8,388 bases of DNA from a virus (lineage: Duplodnaviria > Heunggongvirae > Uroviricota > Caudoviricetes). Position numbers and translations under genes: made by a program. This document shows, piece after piece, positions 7,082-8,388 of the stretch. Position 1 is the first letter of the stretch, and each line of letters begins with the position of its first letter. The notes below the pieces were generated by a model. That model was not told the DNA's origin. It saw nothing but the letters and a program-made list of their open reading frames with translations, and did not search any database. The DNA is taken from the IMG/VR virus record IMGVR_UViG_2690315922_000011, one strand, 5' to 3'.

Positions 7082-7145
7082 TAAGCGGGAGAGAGGGTGA
7101 TACATGAGATAAGAACCCTCCTGTTAAAAGACCACTTGGAAAGTC
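7082..7145. repeat. Hairpin-containing direct repeat, copy 2 (~60 bp)
   Basis: Core GGAGAGAGGGTGATACATGAGATAAGAACCCTCC (7088-7121); same orientation as copy 1, 541 bp downstream. Followed by the 13-bp palindrome AAGTCTGAGACTT (7140-7152). Confidence 0.6.
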
Positions 7146-7534
7146 TGAGACTTTAGTAAAATCTGTGAATACGGCTTCTCAGACGCTCTGTAACGCATTC
7201 TAGGCGATTTTACCCCCTTATTTTAAGGTGGGTGGTACATCCCTATAGACTACCCCTAAAAATGGGGTTAAAACTCGCTACAGAGCTTTCTATGAGATTA
7301 GCTTCTAATCGAATCAACTATGAGGCTTGGCAGAGTTGCATAAATTTTATACAGCACTTATTCAGCTTCTAAATTTTTTATAAAAATGACTAGCCCTTCT
7401 TCAGGTTCTCTTCCTCATTAACTCCCAAAAATATCTGTGAGTGTCTATACCCGTTTGGTAGCCCAGATTCACGATATAGCCCCTCCCTTGCAAAATCTGG
7501 AAATATCTGTCATATCCTTATGACTGTAGAATAA

Positions 7535-8083
7535 TCACTTCGCCAATCGGTAAAAGGTCGCTCTAGAGATGCCTAGCTCTTCCTGAATCTGCAACCTCGT
7601 CTTACCTTGTGAAATGAGCGTCTGAACAGCCTCTGGAGAAGCTTTTGAAGGTCGTCCCATGTGAACCCCTTCAGCTTTAGCACGCTCAATGCCAGCCTTT
7701 CTACGCTCACTGATAAGGTCTTTTTCAAGGTCAGCTAAGCCAGCCATCATAGTAAGCATTGCTTTACCGATTGCCGTAGACAAGTCGAACCCTTCACGCA
7801 ACGAAACAACCCTCACACCTTTAGCCTGTAGTGTCTCCACGTTAGAGAGTACATCAACAGTATTACGCCCTAAACGGTCAATCGCTGCCACAGCTAACGT
7901 ATCGTCACACCTTACATAGTTCATCATGTCTATAAAGCCATCTCTGTTGGTAGCCTTTGTAGTTCCTGAGACAGCTTCATCAATAAACCATTTATCGACC
8001 TTGTGAACCTTCTCTATCTGTAATTTCTGGTTGTCTATAGACTGCTCTCGTGTTGATACCCTGCAATAACCAATCACCGCCAT
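7535..8083 (-). CDS. Site-specific serine recombinase (small resolvase/DNA-invertase family)
   Basis: 182-aa ORF. N-terminal IGYCRVSTREQ with the catalytic-serine context; DRLGRN motif; C-terminal HTH GKTRLQIQEELGISRATFYRLAK. Size and layout match resolvase/Hin-Gin-type recombinases. SD-like GGGGGG 4 nt before the ATG. Confidence 0.9.
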   Translation of the reverse strand: MAVIGYCRVSTREQSIDNQKLQIEKVHKVDKWFIDEAVSGTTKATNRDGFIDMMNYVRCDDTLAVAAIDRLGRNTVDVLSNVETLQAKGVRVVSLREGFDLSTAIGKAMLTMMAGLADLEKDLISERRKAGIERAKAEGVHMGRPSKASPEAVQTLISQGKTRLQIQEELGISRATFYRLAK

Positions 8084-8097
8084 ACATCCCCCCTAAG

Positions 8098-8237
8098 TAG
8101 TCTCAAAAGTAAGTCTCATAAGTTTAGCTGTCTCATAATTCAAAAACAAGCTTATGAGACACTTAGAAGATGCATTCTACCGTTGCGTTGAAGGCGTCTC
8201 ATAAGGACTTCCTTTTGAGACTAACTTAGAAGGTGCA
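8098..8237. promoter_or_regulatory. Repeat array upstream of the recombinase gene: putative res-like recombination/operator site with three sub-sites
   Basis: GTCTCA(A/T)AAG motifs at 8100-8109, 8113-8122, 8130-8139, 8196-8205 and, inverted, at 8151-8160 and 8214-8222. Sub-site B is TGTCTCATAA-n13-TTATGAGACA (8129-8161); sub-site C is GTCTCATAAG-n8-TTTTGAGAC (8196-8222). An additional direct repeat ACTTAGAAGRTGCA lies at 8161-8174 and 8223-8236. Layout resembles Tn3-family res sites, which sit immediately upstream of the resolvase gene. Confidence 0.45.
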
Positions 8238-8388
8238 ATGTGCAAAACAGTTATGTTGCTTATTATTACCTCTTGCAACTGAAAAACCATGTGACCAGAT
8301 AACTGCATAGCGTTATATAGTCCTGTAAATAGCGGTTTATAAGAGTCGAGAGAGAGATGACTAACAACTGCATAGTTTTACTGATAAG

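Noticed and set aside
6542-7145. CRISPR array, tRNA or retron ncRNA as explanations for the hairpin repeats
   Set aside because: Only two full repeat copies, 541 bp apart, with no regular short spacers (not CRISPR); no cloverleaf or T-loop consensus such as GGTTCGAATCC (not tRNA); no reverse-transcriptase ORF anywhere in the window (not a typical retron).
4776-7919. Plus-strand ORFs 4776-4991, 5380-5655, 5710-5907 and 7689-7919 from the track
   Set aside because: Each is nested antisense inside a well-supported minus-strand gene (RHH regulator, O-like initiator, recombinase); no translation signals; treated as frame shadows.
8357-8388. Possible plus-strand gene start (ATG at 8357, MTNNCIVLLI...) diverging from the recombinase at the window edge
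   Set aside because: Only about 10 codons are visible and the SD is doubtful (GAGAGAGAG directly abutting the ATG); cannot be evaluated without sequence beyond the window.

Overview
An 8.4-kb phage/prophage-like window, AT-rich by eye, in which every credible gene lies on the minus strand (transcribed from high to low coordinates). In transcription order: a small serine recombinase (7535-8083) preceded by a dense array of GTCTCATAAG-type repeats (8098-8237) that look like a res-type binding site; a 1.3-kb repeat-rich stretch with no long ORF (6230-7534) holding a near-identical pair of ~60-bp hairpin repeats 540 bp apart, a 14-bp perfect palindrome, many CTTAACAG/CTGTTAAG motifs and a 32-codon remnant resembling a recombinase C-terminal HTH; a lambda-O-like replication initiator (5277-6059) with four tandem 22-bp iteron-like repeats and an AT-rich tract inside its coding sequence and a poly-acidic C-terminal tail; a translationally coupled pair of small DNA-binding proteins (tandem ribbon-helix-helix, 4691-4984; HTH, 4305-4691); a 97-aa hypothetical (3853-4146); a two-gene cassette (240 aa at 2728-3447, basic 72 aa at 2486-2704) with its own promoter, long structured leader and terminator; a tail tape-measure protein (301-2364); and the start of a further tail gene running off the window (1-224). 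No terminase, portal, capsid or lysis genes are present, so this is either a degenerate prophage or a compact satellite-like element. All functional calls rest on motifs read by eye and recalled family features; no database search was possible. The best candidates for something undescribed are the self-contained 240-aa/72-aa cassette and the repeat-rich non-coding region next to the recombinase.
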